NCBI GenBank assembly: GCA_950097015.1
Contig: CATNEN010000033.1
Span: 2,356,001 to 2,420,000, forward strand
Source: Macrostomum hystrix
Taxonomy: Eukaryota > Animalia > Platyhelminthes
Direction: 5' to 3'
Length of the DNA: 64,000 nt
Shown here in pieces: positions 61,555-64,000 of the stretch. Both the position numbers and the translations under genes were made by a program. Each line of letters starts with the position of its first letter. Position 1 is the first letter of the stretch. The notes beneath the pieces are model-generated. The model saw nothing but the letters and a program-made list of their open reading frames with translations. It did no database searches and was not told where the DNA came from.

Positions 61555-61737
61555 ACACAGAAAATCTAGAACACGGGCTAAAATTTTCCGCTAAATCCGA
61601 CAAAAAACTTCCAGAATCACAAAACATCGACATCGTCGAGATGTTCAATGATTCTCGTCGAGGTGTTAGCAAAACCATCGATAAAGGCATAATTGATCTG
61701 CACACAAAATGTCACATGCCGGCTGTTGTTGTTGATA
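61555..61737 (-). repeat. Dispersed repeat family A copy
   Basis: Reverse complement aligns with 41298-41490 with a 10-bp gap. Confidence 0.8.
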
Positions 61738-61778
61738 TTATATAGAACATATTATTAATTTTAATATTAATAATATTA

Positions 61779-61893
61779 ACGATTGCAGGTGGTCATCGAC
61801 ATCTGCTGACGGCGCCGATTGGCCCTGGCGATGATGCGGATGAGGTTCACGTTGAATACGGTGAGCAGCACGAACGGTATGAGGCTGTACAGG
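61779..61893 (-). pseudogene. Inverted 115-bp copy of GPCR coding sequence (TM5-ICL3, 60317-60431)
   Basis: 114/115 identical (GTGACC vs GTGAAC). Confidence 0.93.
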
Positions 61894-62192
61894 TCGTCTT
61901 TCCACAAGGAAGTGGTCTTTCCACAAAGAGGTGGTCTTTCCACAAGGAGGTGGTCTTTCCACAAGGAGGTGGTCTTTCCACAAGGAAGTGGTCTTTCCAC
62001 AAGGAGGTGGTCTTTCCACAAGGAGGTGGTCTTTCCACAAGGAGGTGGTCTTTCCACAAGGAGGTGGTCTTTCCACAAGGAGGTGATCTTTCCACAAGGA
62101 GGTGGGCTTTCCACAAGGAGGTGGTCTTTCTACAAGGAGGTGGTCTTTCCACAAGGAGGTGGTCTTTCCACAAGGAGGTGGTCTTTCTACAA
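61891..62192. repeat. 19-bp minisatellite GGTGGTCTTTCCACAAGGA
   Basis: About 16 copies. Confidence 0.95.
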
Positions 62193-62439
62193 TCCGCTCG
62201 CCCTTACGTGTCCTAATCTCAACTACTGTCATCTGTCTGCTTGAGATAATGTGAGCTATTTAACCTAGCAATTGCAGATCCCAAACTGACCTGATTACAG
62301 GCACGAGCAGCTCAAACCTCCTCTGACTGTCTTTGTTGCTTTAGTTGCCTTTGCCAAATCACAGAGTTGACATCATCAAATAAGGTTCCCATTATGTGTA
62401 TGTGCTCAACTGCATGTGCTCAAACTGTTATTGAAACCT

Positions 62440-63442
62440 TCCTGTCTCATATATCTCACCGATCTCATCTGTCTCATCTATCTCAATCTGTCTCATCTAT
62501 CTCATCTGTCTCATCTGTCTCATATATCTAATCTGTCTCATCTGTCTCATCGGTCTCACGTGTCTCATCTATCTAAATCTGTCTCATCTATCTCATTTGT
62601 CTCATCTATCTGAATCTGTCCCATCTATCTCAATCTGTCTCATCTATTTTACCTTTCTCATCTGTCTCATTTGTGTCATTAATCTCATCTGTCTCGTCTG
62701 TCTCATCTGTCTCATCTATCTCATCTGCGTCATCTATCTCATCTATCTCATCTGCGTCATCTATCTCATCTATCTCATCTGCGTCATCTATCTCATCTAT
62801 CTCATCTGCGTCATCTATCTCATCTATCTCATCTGTCTCATCTATCTCATCTATCTCATCTATCCCATCTGTATCATCTGTGTCATGTATCTCATCTGTC
62901 TCATCTGTCTCATCTATCTCATCTGTGTCATCTATCTCATCTGTGTCATCTATCTCATCTATCTCATATGTCTCATCTATCTCATATGTCTCATCTATCT
63001 CATCTATCTCATCTATCTCATCTGTCTCATCTATCTCATCTATCTCATCTATCGCATCTGTCTCATCTGTCACATCTGTGTCATCTATCTCATCTGTCTC
63101 ATCTATATCATCTATATCATCTATCTTATCTATCTCATCTATCTTATCTATCTCATCTGTCTCATCTGTCTCATCTGTGTCATCTATCTCATCTATCTCA
63201 TCTGTCTCATCTATCTCATCAATCTCATTAATCTCATCTGTCTCATCAGTCTCATCTGTCTCATTTGTCTCATATATCTAATCTGTCTCATATATCTCAT
63301 CTATCTCATCTGTCTCATCTATATCATCTATATCATCTATCTTATCTATCTCATCTGTCTCATCTATCTCATCTGTCTCATCTAACTCATCTATCTCATC
63401 TATCTCATCTATCTCATCTATCTCATATGTCTCATTTGTCTC
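62440..63442. repeat. 9-bp degenerate repeat TCTCATCT[A/G]
   Basis: Direct reading. Confidence 0.95.
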
Positions 63443-63935
63443 AAGTATGTCAGTAGCATTCCAAAAATGCAGTGTGTGAGTTAACTGACAGGCAATTTTC
63501 AAATTGAGGCAGCCAGCCTTCTATCAATGCTTATTATCTGACCTAAAGTTAGCTGCAAGTTTATTACACTGCACATAACCCAATCAAATTGGCGACAGGC
63601 AAGCTGAATAAAATTAATCAATGGCCACTTCACTGCTGCTCACAATGTCGTCGCATGATTGAATACGGAGGAGGAAATCTGCTCACTTCCACCCCACTCT
63701 CTCGGTCTTGGTCGTCAACTTTTGCTTCCTTGGCTGAAAAAAGCTTCTCTTCTACTAAATTCTTCGTCGACATGAGTTGTGGTCGGCCTAGTCAACGCGA
63801 CCGTTAAATGAGGTCACGAAGTTTCTCATGCGCTTGTCACAATCGAGTCTCACCCAGTCTCACAGACGACTTTGTGTCTAATCACTTTCTACTTTTCAAT
63901 GCCGTCGATGTGCGCACCAGTCTCTTCATGACTTA

Positions 63936-64000
63936 CCCTGTCTCTCACCTGTCTCTTTCGTGTGTCTCACCTGTCTCTTTCCTGTCTCTCACCTGTCTCT
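63936..64000. repeat. Start of a CCTGTCTCTCA / CCTGTCTCTTT repeat running off the window
   Basis: Direct reading. Confidence 0.75.

Noticed and set aside
831-63502. Many long ORFs in the track (e.g. 1027 aa at 48241-51324, about 700 aa at 44199-46368, 434 aa at 55178-56482)
   Set aside because: They are translations of stop-free minisatellite units, open on several frames and strands, and lie in introns or intergenic DNA

Overview
Animal genomic DNA, about half tandem repeat (roughly 33 separate mini/microsatellite arrays, including one 10.8 kb 24-mer satellite). GC-rich exons, Gln tracts and a different minisatellite in almost every intron suggest a Macrostomum-like flatworm; this is inference, not confirmed. 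Five host genes were reconstructed by hand with phase-consistent GT-AG junctions: a 7-exon otopetrin proton channel (+, 4641-17258, 675 aa), a 4-exon GADD45 (+, 18190-21378, 158 aa), a 2-exon KLF2/4-type zinc-finger factor (+, 23487-24264, 231 aa), a 4-exon LZTS/Fez1 coiled-coil protein (-, 44202-36479, 538 aa) and a single-exon class A GPCR (+, 59760-60920). Mobile DNA comprises two 5'-truncated RTE-type LINE copies with (TTG)n tails, a tRNA-derived CORE-type SINE with a 12-bp TSD, and two small dispersed repeat families. Most long ORFs in the supplied track are repeat artefacts. No single new system can be proven from the sequence alone. The strongest leads are: a covarying 3' stem-loop in the two LINE subfamilies; minisatellites seeded at stop codons and splice sites, one of which supplies the KLF stop; a shared GAATC(A/G)CAG core and a related 24-mer across separate arrays; and two local fold-back duplications, one an inverted copy of part of the GPCR coding sequence.
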